DNA of 64,000 nucleotides from Vitrella brassicaformis CCMP3155 (taxonomy: Eukaryota; Protista; Chromerida). A model generated the notes under the pieces. The model was given only the letters and a program-made list of their open reading frames with translations, was not told where the DNA came from and made no database searches. How positions within the stretch are numbered: the first letter of the stretch is position 1; every line of letters starts with the position of its first letter. The stretch is from assembly GCA_001179505.1 (NCBI GenBank), contig CDMY01000300.1:62001-126000 (forward strand). The letters are read 5' to 3'. Positions 32,410 to 45,300 of this stretch are shown here, piece after piece. The position numbers were made by a program, and so were the translations under genes.

Positions 32410-34697
32410 TCCTCACTTTGCCTGCAAGGCCCTCGCTGACAGAGTGGGTTGCTTACAGGGTGCTCTTCTCCTCTGATCTTTTCTTGACCGACCCCATGTG
32501 AGCAATTCGTCTCGATGCCGCCGCAGATATCTGGAGCGGCATTGCCTGCAGTGTGTAAGGCGCCGACACACACACACATATACGTACATGCACACGCAAT
32601 CATATGTCCTTCCAGAGTGCTGTGGGTGTCCTACCCTGCTGCCGAAGCACCTCATGGACTCCTGCATCTCCTTGTTGTGCTTGAACGCCCACCGAGACAA
32701 CTCATTTCTAAGCACACACACACACACACACAGACCGAGATGCACGAGTGAGAGACACGTGTCTCACTGTAGGAACGGGGAGGGGCTGGCGTGAGTGGCC
32801 AATGGATCAAATCAATCAGTTATTTGAATGGCGGACTGACCTGCATTCCCAGTAGAGGTCAACGATCTCCATTTTGCAGGCCAGCCTCCTCTTGACGACC
32901 TCCAGGTCATTCCCAATCAGAGAAGGCTCCGAGTCCATCGCCAACAAATCCGATGGCGTCTCCCCAGCCAAATGGCCCATACCCCCCGGCAGCGGCATGC
33001 CATAGGGGAACGGAGGGGCAGCAGGGCGGGACACCACCCCTCTCCTGCCAATCGCCCCCCTCTCCCTCCCACTCCCCCGACTCAGCAAACTACTGAGCAC
33101 AGCACCGGTGCCCCGATCCTTGGGCGGCGGGCGGGCCTTCCGCCCCCTCTCACCTCGTGTGCGATGAGGGGGCTGTGTGGATGGAGGGTGGGGGATCGGG
33201 GGGAGGCCGTCGGGCACACTCGACGCATTCGGTGCGCCCTTGGTGGTGCCCCTTGCTGCCCTCAAGTCGACGGATGAACGCACCCGCCGGCTGTCGGCCG
33301 TCGCCCTGGCCTCGCTACGGGTGGCTGCTGCCGTATGGCCAGCTGCCGCCGATGTGGCCATTCTGGGTGCCCTTGTCTTCTTCTCTGGCTGCTTCTGAGA
33401 AGCGGCCGGAAGGCTGCCTGCGGCAGTCGCATCACGACTCAGTGGCGCACCCCCTCTCCGCAGCGCTGGCAACACGACGGGGGGGCGGGGCGGCTGATCA
33501 GACTTCTTCTCGTCGTTGATGCTCTGTGTCTCGTGGTGAGAGTCTTGTCCGTCCATGTGCGGTGCCGTGAGGTCGAATCTGGATGAAGATGTTTTGACGT
33601 TGGGCCGGTTGGATGGCCTCCGCTGATGCAGAGTGGACCTGTGGATGGCCGCCTGGAAGCCACCCATCCGCCGCCGCGCCTCCAATGGGATGTCCCCCAC
33701 GTCGTCCTCCTCGATATCAGCACCACCCGTATGGACAGCAGCAGCTGTCATCATCTTGTCTCCATCGACATCCTCGACATCCTCCGGCACAAGTTGTGAG
33801 AAGGCCTCGGGAGCAGCAGCTGCCACGGGCGGCAGAGACACCGCTGAATCACCCACGGACGCAGCTGCTCGCATCATCGGTGAGGCCTCTGTTGCGCGGC
33901 TATCAGCCACGGCCGGTGTGATGTCCGCCGTTCGCCCATCGTCTATCTCTTGCAAGCGGCCATCAGCGGCCGCAAGTTCCTGCCTCTGTGACTCATAGGG
34001 CATTTCCTCCTCTTGCTTCCTTGGAGCTGTGATGAAGGTGCTGTCGGTCTCCAGGCCGCTCTGGCTGCCAATGTGCGGAGGGGATGGGGGGAGTAGCGGC
34101 TCGTCCTTCTGTCTCGCCCCTGCCACAGCACTATCCTCTTCATGAGTCTCACAGGCTGCCATTGACGCTTTTGCTGCCGACATCCTGGGCTCGACACCGG
34201 AGAGGGAAGGTGGCTCTGCAGGGCCCTCAGCGGGTGTGGACGTCTGGACAGGCGAGGGTCCGCCCTCCAGGTGGTCGTCCATCAACTGCCTGCCTCTGTC
34301 TTGCAGTGGCAGTGTTTTTTGCTGCTTGGGCGGCGCAGGTTTGACCTGGAATGGCGTCGGGGCTGATGAGTCTGTCCTGGTCACTGCAAACCGCTTGACC
34401 TTGTCGGATGCCCGAGGAGGGGCCGGCAGGGCGGCCTTGGCGGGGTAGTCTCCTCCCACACTGAGGGCCTGCAGGTGGGCTCTATGGTGGTGGGCGATGA
34501 AGTCGTCAAAGGCATCCCCACCTGACGAAAGCAACACACACACAAAGCCGCGGGCGGCAGAAGGATGAGGTGTGTGCGGACGGAATCGCGTTTTCTGTTA
34601 GCTGCGTGCCCAGTTCGTGTATGTTGGTGAGGGGGTCGATGCGGGTCCGCATGGACTGCAGCAGCCCATCGGACGGCTGAAAGGGGCGAAACGTCAT
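32410..34697 (-). CDS. Hypothetical protein with a long disordered central exon; ends approximate
   Basis: 575-aa ORF 32816-34543, largely low complexity; flanking exon-like segments MTFRPFQPSDGLLQSMRTRIDPLTN and KRRLACKMEIVDLYWEC|NELSRWAFKHNKEMQESMRCFG. Confidence 0.6.
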
Positions 34698-34785
34698 CGG
34701 AGGCCCCCCTCTTGCGTTTTGTCTCCCCTGGAGCTAAGCTCGCATTCTTCAAAGAACGTGAATCTTGTGACGAGAGGTTGTACAG
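34698..34785. promoter_or_regulatory. Putative bidirectional promoter hypothetical gene / amino-acid transporter
   Basis: About 88 bp between the inferred divergent ATGs; contains CTAAGCTCGC at 34734-34743. Confidence 0.4.
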
Positions 34786-36824
34786 ATGGACTCAATCACA
34801 GCGGCGGCCAACATGGCCAAGTGTGCCAAGGAGAAGAATGAATGCATGAATGAGTGCGCGAGATCTGTTTGTTCTCTCCGTGTGTGATGTGCAGCACCAT
34901 CATCGGGAGTGGCATTCTTGGCCTTAGTGCATGTGCAGACGCGGGGGGTGTGCTTCTCTATTCGGTGTTCTTGGTGGCAGCGTGTCTTTCCACAATCACC
35001 GGTAACAAACCTATGGCGGCATCCTCAATGCCCCCGTCCATCTGTCTGTCTGTCTGTCTGTGTTGTCTTTGCTTGGTGTGGACGACGTCTGGACAGGTGT
35101 GCTGTTTCTTGTTGGCGCGTCAGAGATGTCGTCATCGGCCAAGTCCTATGAGTCCCTCGCATCGACCGCCATGGGGCCGACAGGCGTCTTAATTACCACT
35201 GCAGCCGTCCTGGTGCAGTGCCTGGGAGCAATGACCAGGTACCAGTACGGGTGTGATCAACCAACCAGCCCTCACACACTGATGAATGCCTTCAAGTGTT
35301 ACGTCCGTGCTTGTGTGTCTGGTGTCTTTCTTCAGCTACCTGATGATACTGTGTGATGTGGGCCCGCAGATAATCGGCACAGTGTCCCCCGTCCGCATCG
35401 AGTCCTCTGTCCTCCTCTGTGTGTTTATCATCTTGCTGTGGTTCCTCTGCTGTCTGAGGGATCTTCGCAGCCTCCGCGGGGTCAGTCTGTTCGCTGTGGG
35501 TGTCTACATGGCCTTCTCTATCACAACGGTCATCTATGCCATAGGCGGCTTCACTGAGCAGGTCGACGACAAGCCGCCGGTGGAGTGGGTCAAGTTCTCC
35601 CCCGACGTGATAGTGCGGTTCCCCACCTGCCTCTTCGCCTTCAACTGCGCGACGGTGGTGCTGCCCATCTACTCACAGCTGCGGGAGCCCTCCATCAAGA
35701 CCATGCGGACAGTGGCCGGGCTGGCCTATGGGTTTGTCTTTGTCGTGTATTTCTGCTCCTCCATCGCCGGCTACATGACCTTCCGCGGACAAGTCAAGTC
35801 GAACCTGCTGGACAACTACAGCCAAGACAGCCAATGGCTGAACGTCATGCGGCTGCTCATGACAGTAAGACGACAGACACCGAAGACATGATGGGCAGGG
35901 CAGGGCAGGCAGCGACGCGCTTGAATGACTCGACCGCCAGCCGTCACGAATATATGTGCTGATTCTGTCATGTTGTGTCTGTTGGTCAGGTGGTAAGAAA
36001 AATGAGAGACACTGAAAGTGTTTCCTGCCTGCCTGGACGCCTGCACACCTGCACGCCCGTCGGGCGGATGTGTGGACGTAGGCCACGATATTCAGCTACC
36101 CATTCTCGTGCGTGGGTAAGTAAGCACTTCAGGCACACGTACGCACATCAGTGGATGATTAGATTGCGTGGGTAGATGTAATGAATGTACTGTTCACTCA
36201 TCTCATCCCTCTGTATGTATGTATGTTTACTCATCTCATCCCTCTGTATGTATGTATGGGTATTGGGTGTCTGTCTGCAGGTGCCCGCCAAGCGTTGGCG
36301 TACGTGTTGTTTCGGCCCGACAAGCCCGGCCCCCTGCCCTTCCATCAGCACGTGGGGCTGAGCACATTCATTGTCCTCTTCACTGCGACATGTGCAATGA
36401 AGATTCCCGACCTCAAGTAAGACAGACACACAGACAGACAGCCGCAGGCATATTGTGTGTGTGTGTCAGGTATGCATTTGGCATCACGGGTAGCACCGCC
36501 ACCGTGCTGGTGGCCTACCTCCTGCCGTCCCTCTTCCACCTCATCATGACTTACAGAGATACACTGCCCGCTGCCAAGAACACACGGTGAGTATCCACCC
36601 AGCGAGCAGAGAGAGGACCACATGTGCGCTGATCCTGGCGCCTGGCTGGGTGCGTGGCTGTTTGCAGCAGCTACGGGTCTGTGACGCTGCAGAAAGAGAC
36701 AAGGGCAGGAGCATTTCTCGGCCGCGACATCGGCAATGTGTTGATGATAGGCGTGTCCTGTGTGGTTATGGCAGTGGCCTTGACCACCAACATCACTGTT
36801 CTCATGCAGGGACGCGACAGCTGA
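34786..36824 (+). CDS. Amino-acid transporter (Aa_trans, SLC38/AAAP family)
   Basis: STIIGSGILGL, KSYESLASTAMG, LGAMT|SYLMILCD, LRDLRSLRGVSL, FPTCLFAFNCATVVLPIYSQL, GYMTFRGQVKSNLLDNY, FGITGSTATVLVAYLLPSLF; many hydrophobic helices. Confidence 0.92.
36196..36258. repeat. 33-bp-period intronic tandem duplication
   Basis: ACTCATCTCATCCCTCTGTATGTATGTATG occurs at 36196 and 36229. Confidence 0.9.
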
Positions 36825-37087
36825 CTGACTGACAGACAGACAGGTGTACTGAGCTGAGTGTGTCGACAGTGGTCGACGTTCTGCCTGCGACTGACTGCAG
36901 TAAGAGTGCAGTTTTTTTCGCTCATGCAGCTAGCTGGGTGAGGTTGGTGATGGATGCGATTATGATGCATATGTGATGCGAGTGAACTCTCTTAAGAGCC
37001 AGCTGGTTCATATGTACATCTACAGTACACTTTGATGGGGATGCAATTAATGCACCTCACGAATGATCACAGCTCGCAAACAACAAA

Positions 37088-40000
37088 GTGGCGAAGGGTT
37101 CGCTCCAGTTCCCGATGTTGCACGGCACGCGGCTCAAGAAGACCGCAGACCACACACAGCAGCCTCACGACCCACAGCGAGAAAAGTGCCCAAACCCATC
37201 GTCCCTCCAGTGCAATGTGAGGCTACTCACGGATGCGATAGAGGCGGTGCTTCGGAGCCGACTGGTCAACGCCCTCTGGCGCCTGAGGGACTATGCCCAA
37301 ATCCTCCGCCTCTCTGCACTGGCCAATGCCTTCCAGCCATCCACACAGCAGCCGCACCTGCCATCCCAGCCCGGCCCGCCCGCTGTCATGGGAAGGGGCC
37401 AGTGGTGGGCCACCATGCTCCTCATATTCCGACGCAAGCAGCTCGAGAGGATGGAACGGGCCTTGTCCAAGCCACTGTTGGGCGGGGCCCTCCGGGCCTG
37501 GCGGAGTGCCACGTTGCTGGGGGATTCTGGGGCGGTGGAGTCGGCCAGTGCAAAGAGGAGGGCTGCCAGGCGACTGACACGCTCACTTCATGGTAGGGGG
37601 GAGGAGCAAGGGAGAAAGGAACCACACACCATTCGCTTTCCGCCTGGTTGACTCACTGCAGCTGCTTATGTTCGGCGAGTCGTGTACGGGGTTCTGCGCC
37701 TCAAAGGCGACTACCAGACACTATTGGTGATCGCTACAGCCAGCCAGCATACAGACAGACAGAGACCATCCATCCATTAGTGAATCACTAACTCACTCCA
37801 TGGCATGGGTCTTTCTTGTCGTCTGTGTATGTGTGTTTGTCCCTCCCTCCCCCCCTTAGCTGTGTGAGGGGGACCTGGAGGGCTCCTGCATCAGACGCGA
37901 GATACAGGTGCAGACAGACAGACACATACATACATCATGTGCCCCGGCAGGCACACACACACACACATACACACATATTCTCCATCCATCCAGAGAGGGA
38001 GCCCCTCCCTATCTCTCCTCTCCTTGTGTGTGGCATGTGTGTGCAGCTGGAGCGTTTCTGCGCCCGTTGGCGTCGTGAGTTGGTGCGGTATGTCTTCAAG
38101 GAGTGGAGGAACGCTGTCACCAGAGACCTCATGGCACAACACATCAGGTGGGCGAGGTGACAAGCCAGGCAGACAGACATGCAAACACAATGGGACAACA
38201 GGTCTGAGCTGTTCGTCACGTTTCGTGTGTGTACGTGTTCGTGTGTGCAGTGAGGGCAGTGCGCGTCAGCTGGCCACCCTGGTGAGGGGTGCGGCGATGC
38301 GTCGCTTGGACGCGGCATTCGCCAAGCTGAGGACCAATCGTCGTGCAGTGCACCCTGCCCTCGACCGCGCCATCCGCTGGTGCAAGGAGAGGGGAGTGCC
38401 CCCCCTGCCCCTCTCTTCTCACCAGCCGCCCTTTGCAGCCTCCCCCATCCCACCCTCTGGTCCGTCGGCCACCCTCACCGGGCGTCCCATCCCGGCGCTG
38501 CTGGTGAGGGGCCGCCAAGCCGCCGCATCGGCCGACGCAGCATTTGTAGAGCGGATAGTGCGGACGCGGCGGGAGGTGGAGGAGGCCATCGCACTCACAC
38601 GGGTCTTCTTCTCGGCACTCACACACAACAGAGGGTTCCTCAAACAACTCATCAGCCACACACACGCACGACAACAACAGGATACCCGAGATGCTCAACC
38701 TCCAACCCAGCCGAGTGCCGCTGGCCGTGTGTCGGGGGCTGAACCACTGTCGTCTCATTACCCGCCGGTGATGGCGGCTGTCCGTCGGGGCGGCGTGGGG
38801 ATGGGGGGCATTCTCAGCCCCACTCGCACACGGCAGGCCGCAGCCATTGCAATGTCACGGCAGCAGGCGGCATCGCCTGCTGACGGTGGTGGTGTCGTCA
38901 AGGCATCGTATACGGACAAGTTGTGGCGGTGGGTGCTGCTGCGTCGCATTGTGGAGCGGAAGATGAGGGACGACATGGCGCGGGGCTGGGCCGCCTGGAA
39001 GAGGATGCACGGCCCACACACACCCACACCTGTAAGTAAGAGGGCTGGCTGGCGGAACCAGTAGAAGTGCTCAATTTCGTGTGTCCTTGTTCGTTTTGTG
39101 GCTGGGCTGGCTGTGTGTACTGCAGGTGGGTCTAGCAGGTATTGATGAGGTGTCTAGCTTGCAGCTACAGACGAGCGCCAGGCAGACCAATGAGATGCTC
39201 ATGGCACTCGTATTCGCCACATGGCACACTGCAGCAACACACAAGAGGTCCGTAGGTCCGCGGACCCGACACACGTGCACACACCCACAGATGATGATGC
39301 ACATACAAACAGGGGACGTAGACTGACTGTACGTGTATCTTCTCCCTGCCTCCCTGCCTGCGTGTGGATGTGTGGTGTGCAGGGAGCGGCGTCGTTTGTC
39401 TGCTTCCCGTCTGGCGTCCTCTCTGCGGGCCGTCCACCAGTCGCCCCTGCGGCTGACATTCGCCACACTCAGGTCCAGCGCGATGGCATCATCCGCTGGC
39501 GGTGGCAGCCGAGACGACAAACGCCACGCCGCCAACCGCATCCTCCGATGGGCCGCCAGGCGCCAGGCCAGACTGCTCAAGGGTGCGCTTATGGCGATGA
39601 GTGGCACGGTGGCCATCCCGCCGCAGCAGCAGGCAGCGGCAGCACTCGCCAGGGCCGTGTGCCGTGTGCAGCTGGTGAGGGTGAGTAGGGCGATGGAAAA
39701 GTGGAAGGGCCATGTGTTGGTGCGGCGGAGCATCCACATGGTGCCCTCCCTGTGGACGAGGGACCGGGCCACAGGGGCGGCGGTCGACATACGGCCACTC
39801 ACCGCAGGCACCGATGTCCTCATCAAGTACAACTCGCGAGACGGCAAGAGAGTTAGGCGGGTCTTCCAGGTATCTATCATCGACACGCACATACACCACA
39901 CCCGATAGCGGCTGTGCTGTGTGAATTAATGTCCCTCTCTCCCTCTCTCCATCCCTCTGTCTCTGGTATGTTAGGTGTTGCGCGATGGTTGGCTGTGTTG

Positions 40001-40702
40001 GAGTGACAGGACTGCCAGGGAGCCCACGAGCGCCTCGAGGCACCGCATCGACCTGGCGCAGTGTGTGACGGTCCTCCACACATTCACAATGAGGGCCCAG
40101 CGGCTGCCCACCGACCCCTCATCACTCTGCTTCGTCGTGGTGGCCGCCAACCGCACACTCGACCTCTGCGCACAAAACGAGCAGCAGCTCGTGACCTGGG
40201 TCACTGGTAAGCAAACAGAAAAGAACCTGCATGGCTGCCTTCCCCGCCTATATAATGGATGCATATGATTGTTTGTATGTCCGTCGTCTTAGGTCTTCAA
40301 TCGCTGATCCATTACTTTTCCCGTCTGCTCAAGGTGCCGTCGGTCGATGTCCGCGGCAAGGCATCCCGCGCATCCACCACCCCACGCGCCAGCTCCCCCT
40401 CCCCCCGGCCCCCCGGGCTGCCCCCCCTGCCGCCACGCATCGCGCCACCACCCAAGCGAGCCGTCCCCGTCCATCTGCCCCGCGGCACCCTGCTGTATCG
40501 TAAGGTCCGTCGGCAGCTGCATGACAGGGCGACGGCGGATGGCAAGACCATGCGGCAGATGTGGCGGGAGGCCATCGCAGCGGCCGCATCGATGCAGCAG
40601 CAGCAGCAGAGGCGCAGTGGCACACAAAGGGCTGGAGGGAGCAAGACAGTGCAGCAGGGCAAAAGGGAGGGGGTCAAGCCGAGGACGCCCAGGAAGAAAT
40701 GA
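37088..40702 (+). CDS. Protein with Sfi1-like amphipathic Trp repeats and a C-terminal PLC/Num1-type PH domain; start uncertain
   Basis: Repeats such as LLGGALRAWR, LVRYVFKEWR, DMARGWAAWKR, MALVFATWH and VSRAMEKWK; PH-like LIKYNSRDGKRVRRVFQ|VLRDGWLCW...IDLAQC...LCFVVVAANRTLDLCAQNEQQLVTWVTG. Confidence 0.65.
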
Positions 40703-40908
40703 GTGAATGAATGACACACATGCATTGATTGCATGCGTACCCTCCCCACACATGTATGTGACGGAGATAGACAAACAGACGTATGTAGCTGACGCTGACA
40801 TACACGACATGTATGTATGCCGGATGGACCCTACTCGCATGGATGGACCCCATTGCATGGTATGGCCATTGCAGTGTGTCTTGTAAATGTCTGGTCGCGG
40901 AGGTCAGG

Positions 40909-42095
40909 ATGATGACGAGTGTGGATATGGATTTGCCGTTGTATCTGCAGCTGGCATATCTGTCGCGGGACGGGCGGGAGGAGGAAGCCGTCGAGTGAGG
41001 CAGGCACACCACACCGCACATACATAGATCTGGCTGGGCTGCACTCTATCTGCAGCCAGGCTGAGAGGAGGGATAGATGCAGGCATCGATGGATGGCGGA
41101 TGCGCTGCTCTTCATGTAGATCTGTTGTGCTGTGTGCGTGTGTGGTCATCAGGCTGCTCCGTTCGGCGCCTGACGGCGATGCTGTGCTGCCCTTTGACTT
41201 ATTTGACACCAAACAATCGGCACTGCACTTCGGTCAGACACCACAGGGCATCCACACGTGTGCACACAGCCACGTGGCCCAATCATCTGCTGACTGAACG
41301 TGTTGTGTGTGCAGGTTTGTTGCATCAGCAGGAGGCACTGGTGTATAGTTTGTTCCGCGCCTTGCTGGTCCACGGCCTGACGCCCTCCCTGGCGGCGAGT
41401 GTGGTGCACCATGCACTCAGCTGCCTCAACCTGAAAGCTGTCGGCATCTTCCAGGAGGCCACAAACATACACTCACTCGCACTAAGAGTAGGTAACCCAT
41501 GCCATCCATCCGCACATCAAGCACGCTGCTCCCGTGTGTGTGTGTGCTGCATCCTCCCTCCCTCGCTCCCTCCCTGCCTGATGTATGTGTCCACAGCCGT
41601 CGTTTGACCACGAGCCGACGATGATGTGTGTGTTCGCGGCGGAGACCGACGATGACAACCCCAACGGACCCACTGCTGTCATGGAATACGTACGCAATCA
41701 ACCAACGCATGGCATGGCATGCACACAGCCACAAGCAGGATGGATGGTGTTCTGCTTGGGGTGTGCTCTCGTTGTGGTGTCATGTGTGCAGCTGTGGCTG
41801 GCCGGTGCGTCACTGGAAGAGAAAGACCGAATGGTATGTATGGTCAGCCACCCTCCTGTCTGTCTGTCTGTCTGTCCGGCCACGTGTGTCCTTCGCTATT
41901 GGGTGGTTGGTTGTATGTATGTGTTGGTCACACAGGGCCGTACGCCGTTGATGGTTGCGGCAATGAGGGGCAACGTGCGTCAGGTGCAGTGGGCCATCGC
42001 CAGAGGCGCATACATGGGCGCCAGAGACTTCCTCGGTCAGTCAGGCCATGCATCACGTGACATGACGTGACGTACGGGATGTGGCCCCTTGAAGT
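40909..42095 (+). CDS. Ankyrin-repeat protein, truncated by assembly gap
   Basis: Exons LWLAGASLEEKDR and GRTPLMVAAMRGNVRQVQWAIARGAYMGARDFLG; no stop seen before the gap. Confidence 0.65.
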
Positions 42096-42396
42096 NNNNN
42101 NNNNNNNNNNNNNNNNNNNNNNNNNNNNNNNNNNNNNNNNNNNNNNNNNNNNNNNNNNNNNNNNNNNNNNNNNNNNNNNNNNNNNNNNNNNNNNNNNNNN
42201 NNNNNNNNNNNNNNNNNNNNNNNNNNNNNNNNNNNNNNNNNNNNNNNNNNNNNNNNNNNNNNNNNNNNNNNNNNNNNNNNNNNNNNNNNNNNNNNNNNNN
42301 NNNNNNNNNNNNNNNNNNNNNNNNNNNNNNNNNNNNNNNNNNNNNNNNNNNNNNNNNNNNNNNNNNNNNNNNNNNNNNNNNNNNNNNNNNNNNNNC
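42096..42396. other. Assembly gap (301 N)
   Basis: Run of N bases. Confidence 1.
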
Positions 42397-45300
42397 TCAA
42401 GTGCCTCGACTTCCGCACCACCGCAGACAATCGTCTGCCCATTTACAGCAAGCGCAGCGTGCTGCTGGAGGCGATTGAGAGGCACCCTGTGGTCATCGTG
42501 ACAGCACAGACGGGGTCCGGCAAGAGCACGCAGATCATTCAGTACGTGTCCGAGAGCGCAGAGAGATTTGGGCTGACCCCGGGCACCAAGATGGTCGTTT
42601 GCACACAGCCAAGGTCAGTACCAGCGCAGCGCGGCATCGCGGCACAAGAACGCCTTGTCAGTGTGTATGTGCCTGTGCCTGGGTGTCTGTCTGTCTGTAT
42701 GCGTGTATGCAGGAAGATAGCTGCCTCAATGTTGGCCAAGCGAGTAGGGGATGAGTACGGCAGTCCGCAATCCATCACAGTGCCCAAGTTCCCTGGATGC
42801 AGAGTGACATCGGGTCGCCCACCCATTGCCCACTTCACCACCGATTCATCTCTCGTCAACTACTGCCTGGCAAACAAGAACCTCGACGACTATGGAGTCG
42901 TGATCATTGATGAGGTATGCACACATGCGGTCCGTCACCCACAACGAAAAGAAAGAGGCGGTAACCGTGTGGGTCACATCTGCTTTGTATGTGTCCATGT
43001 GTATTCAGGCCCACGAGCGCAGCCTCAGCACAGACCTTCTCATCGGCCTTGTGAAGCTGGCCATGGAACAGCGGCCCGACCTTCGTGTCGTCATCACGTC
43101 GGCAACCCTGGACACCGCCAAAGTCGCAAGTTTCTTCGCGAAACCCGGCCAGTCCGATCCGCCGATCATAGAGATATCCGGTCGCACCTACCCCATCACA
43201 GTGCGATACCTGACTTCCGCATCCGTCGTCAAGCCGCCAGCCGTCTTGGCCGACCCCAGCGGCGAACCAACGATCGAGCACTACAGCCCAGTGGACAACT
43301 ACCGTGAGGTGGCCCGCTCGGCGCTCAAGGAGCTCGTGGTGCGGCTGGAGACGGAGCAGCAAGAGGGGGACGACGACGCGTCGGGACACGTGCTGCTCTT
43401 CGTGCCTGAGCGAGCTGATGTCGACAGCATCGTCAGAGATCTGAAAAACGATCTCCAAGGTCGACGGACCCTGGAGATATTCGGGGTGCATGGGGGCAGC
43501 AAGGAGGAGGCCAACGAACTGCTAATGAGCAAGACGCCGGGCGTGCGCAAGATTGTAGTCGCTGTAAGACACTTTCAGGAAGCAGCAGAGTGTCCAATGT
43601 GCATTCAGCCATGGGTCTGCTCTTGCCTCAGACAAACATCGCCGAGACATCCTTGACGATAGCCAACACGCGCCACGTGATCGACACGGGCCTGAAGAAG
43701 GGCGTGGAATTCGATGCTCGACGGTCGATGCAGGTCAAAAGGAGCACATGAGCAAACGAATGTATTATCCAAAAGCATCCATCCCCCTTTGTCCCTTCAG
43801 ATCCTCAAGCTCTCTTTCATCACTCAGAGTTCGGCCATCCAACGCGCGGGGCGCTCTGGCCGGACTGCACCAGGCACCGTGTACCGCCTCTACTTGCCAG
43901 AAGTGTACCAGGCTATGTGCCTCTCAGACGAGCCCGGTACGTGCACGGACACATTACCGCATTCATGTCTTACACTACTTATCCCTCTGCCTTGACCTTA
44001 TCTCTCAGAGGTGAAGCGGTCTCATTTGGGTCTGCTGCTCATGAAGCTGAAGCTCAAAGGTGTGTCGTCCTGCCTCTCATTCCCTTTCCTGGACCCCCCT
44101 GACCAGAAGAGCCTCGAGGCGGCAGCCGAGAGCCTCTACTATGCCGGCTGCCTGATGGCCAAAGACCCTGACGCACCCCTGACGCCCGTCGGCCAGCAAG
44201 TCGCCCAGATGGACACCTTTGACCCCCTCCATTCTCGAGCCCTCCTCAAGGCCAGGGAGCTCCAAGCAGGGGCTGCGGCGCCCAACCTGCCTTACGGCAT
44301 CTTGATCAGCCTGACGACACTGAGCAATGCCTACAAGATCTTCCCCAAGTCCGATAAGGATCGACTCAAGGCGTATCGTGACGAGTGCGGTCTGCACCAC
44401 GGAGGGGACTTTCAGCTGCTGATGCATCTCTACCTGGAGTGGTACAGTCGCCACTCCACTGCTGACCGGCCATCACCGCAGCCGCTCGAGCGCGTACAAG
44501 GCAATCGTTGGGCCTGCAGATGCGAGTGGTGCCAGAAGACTGGCGTGCAGTTCTGGGCGATGCGCCAGATCTACACTGAGCTGGAGGAGAAGCTGGAGGG
44601 GTGCGTGCGGGCTGGACAAGCCGTCGAGGCGTCTGCTGCTGGCCTCACGCCATCAGACCCTGAGGAGCAGGCACGGCTGGCGGACCAACTGGCTGTTGCA
44701 GTGTCGTCGGCCTTCGCCCCCAATCTGTGTGTGCGACGAGGTCGGTGGGACTTCCAGATTGTACGACTCAAGACGAAGGCATTTCTGGAGCGGACGTCGA
44801 GCGTGGAGGCGGCGGATTTGCAGTGGTGTGTCTTCACTGAGACGTTCGGCACACCGACAGGGAAGATCCTGATCAGGAACATCATGCCTATCACGCGGGA
44901 CGTGATCACGCGGGCGGCACCCACGTTCGCCAATCAGGTGGGAGCGACAGGCAAGAACAGATTCATGGCTACATTTACGGTTCCTTCATGTATGCACGCA
45001 GATTGACATGGCTGACATTGAGAGGCAGACCACTGTCGAGAAGGCGATTGGCCCGATCGCATCGCTGGGACTGGAGACACCTTCTCTTCGAGCATTCAAT
45101 GAGGTGACGACAATAAAACGACAATAAGACAAACAGCAGGATTTCCGATTGTTGCTGTCCTTCATGTCCATCCACCAGATGGATGACGTGTATGTGGATT
45201 TCAACGACAAGGCGGGGCTGGTCACCATCATCACAACCAGAGAGCAGGTCTCGCTGATCGAGGACAGCATCTTGGACAACGAGCGGCGGCTGAGGGAGAC

